From: Convolutriloba macropyga
Taxonomy: Eukaryota
NCBI RefSeq assembly: GCF_964194025.1
Contig: NC_134469.1
Span: forward strand, 57,350,001 to 57,414,000
Reading direction: 5' to 3'
Length of the DNA stretch: 64,000 bases
Part shown: positions 62,161-64,000 of the stretch, one piece after another
Layout of the letters: each line of letters starts with the position of its first letter
How positions within the stretch are numbered: position 1 is the stretch's first letter
The notes under the pieces: generated by a model
Told to the model about the DNA's origin: nothing
Database searches by the model: none
The model's input: the letters and a program-made list of their open reading frames with translations, nothing else
Made by a program: the position numbers and the translations under genes

Positions 62161-64000
62161 TTGCATGAACTACGAAAATACTGATATGATTCTGGGGAAA
62201 TCTAGGTTGGCATTTTATGCTCCCCTGCGCTTATTACCCAAGACCATGGACGTACTATTATACATGCAGTACCTATCTAAAACATGAAAATTTACAATCC
62301 ACATTATCTGAACTGCATGGGTTGGATGTAGCACTGTTCTCATAGCCACAACTGCCAGAAATGGTACACTTCTTGGGGATACGCTTCAAATGACATACAT
62401 AGGGAGCATCAGACATGATTCTGAAATAATACGACCGAAATAATCGTAACAGTGCAATAAAAATAGCTGCTGCTCAACCGATGACATAAAAGGATTGAGT
62501 GCGCTGTGTCTTGAGGCGGCCAAACGGCCATGTGAGCATTACAAAATTGGAATCAATCATATGGAAGCATATAGATGGGGGGGTCCCCTATAAAGTCATA
62601 AATCACCCCCTGAAAAACTGAAAATGGTATATAAACTATATATGACGAGCAAGCCCACCTCAATAGGTATTCAACAAACCACCCCGGAAGGCTCAACTCA
62701 CTATTTTCATCAATTCAAAAGTAGAAACATTGGTGCACGGGTAACATAATAAGAGGACGAAATGTCAAACTGGATGTGTCTGTCCTGTACAATGTCTCAA
62801 TAACGGCCCAACGAAACCAAACGCCCTTCAGCAGATATAAAGAACAACTCAAATGGTTTATTGTTTATTTTGTTTATTGTATAGCCAAATTGTTTATTTT
62901 ACGAGGAGTTATTACAAAAACAATGTCCGGTACCAAGTGACAAACATGTCATATTGACACCACCGTTATTGTCAAAATTAACCTCTAAAATATGCCAAAC
63001 AAGGTTAATAAAACACACAATTACAACCAGGAGATAATTCTGCGTCTAACCAACTTAAAATTTACTGTACAAACTGATTTTGAAATGGTTTATCTGACCT
63101 CCGCATGTCAGGTATCCTGCTTCCAGGGCTCAAAATGTGGGTACCAATACTGGCCAAAAACTGAACGAAAATACAAATAACGCTCTACGTTATATATACT
63201 GTAAGAAATCTCAATTAATATCGTGACAGATGATGCAAACAGATCAGCAGTCGGATACTTCTACGACGAGATATATCAAAGATAAGGTCCGGTACCAAAT
63301 GACCAAAAAAGTGGAGTACAACCACTGCAAAAGCAAAATTGAGCATCATGGGAAACGCTATACAAAACACAGTGCATAATAATCAGGAAAATCCGGGGAA
63401 TCTAACGAACCACATCAAGCTCACTAAATCAACTGTTTTGTGGTACCGAAATTCGGGTGACCCAAAAGGTCATCAAATCAACATTTTGTCCAATTTTGCA
63501 CGTGAATAAATTTTTCAACAGGCAGCCCAACTAACAACCGCCTAACCCAAGCAAGAAAAAATCATTATCAACCAAATGAACCTATATTTGTTGAAATTGT
63601 TTTAGTACTCTAGGAGTTATTAACAAAAATATGTAGAGTCAGCCAATTTTTTTGTTTTCTTTTCGGAGCCCAAATTAACGAGAAACCGGAAAAAGCACGT
63701 TCATAGGCGTCACTCACGTGTTTCTGGACGTCTGGGAAGACCACTGGTAGTTTACTGCACACCCCAGACCCTTACCGCGAAGTGAAAAAAATTCTCACCT
63801 CGCCATGAAGGCCAGGGTGTTTTCTGTGTTGTCAGTCAAAAACAAATTTCACTTAAAATTACTGAAATGACCAAAAATGGTACTTCGTCCAAAAGCTAAA
63901 AACTATTGGTTGCAGTAGCTTCGTAGACGTGACAAAGTGGATATATAGCACAATTTTCAAATTCAGAAACCTCCCAACAAATTAAAAATAAATCTTTTCA

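Noticed and set aside
62160-64000. Higher-complexity unique sequence that might hold exons or a TE relic
   Set aside because: No supported splice-flanked frame or recognisable motif.

Overview
This is an AT-rich, repeat-dense eukaryotic (metazoan, probably invertebrate) genomic window; it is not prokaryotic, and I see no CRISPR array, tRNA or rRNA. Host genes, all on the minus strand with intronless coding regions: V-ATPase subunit G (1-317, runs off the window and is missing from the ORF track), condensin I kleisin CAP-H/NCAPH (13210-15396) and two tandem MGST1/PTGES-type MAPEG genes (28365-28805, 29089-29523). There is also a probable plus-strand terminal exon of a single-pass membrane protein (15822-15984). 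The rest is mostly decayed mobile DNA: an RLE-type (CRE-like) non-LTR element, L2-like and CR1-group LINEs (one with a 2A/StopGo motif in frame with its endonuclease), a Ty3/Gypsy element with a possible extra ORF, and two MITEs with TSDs. Larger repeats include a diverged inverted-repeat structure (about 17-27 kb) and a ~530-bp satellite array with higher-order structure (41.7-43.9 kb and 51.0-61.1 kb). The best leads are the 2A motif, the MGST pair with splice acceptors 9 nt before each ATG and no canonical poly(A) signal between them, the apparent nesting of NCAPH antisense in another gene, and the foldback-like structure. I found no convincing wholly new system. All alignments were done by eye, and element boundaries are approximate unless TSDs or TIRs are quoted.
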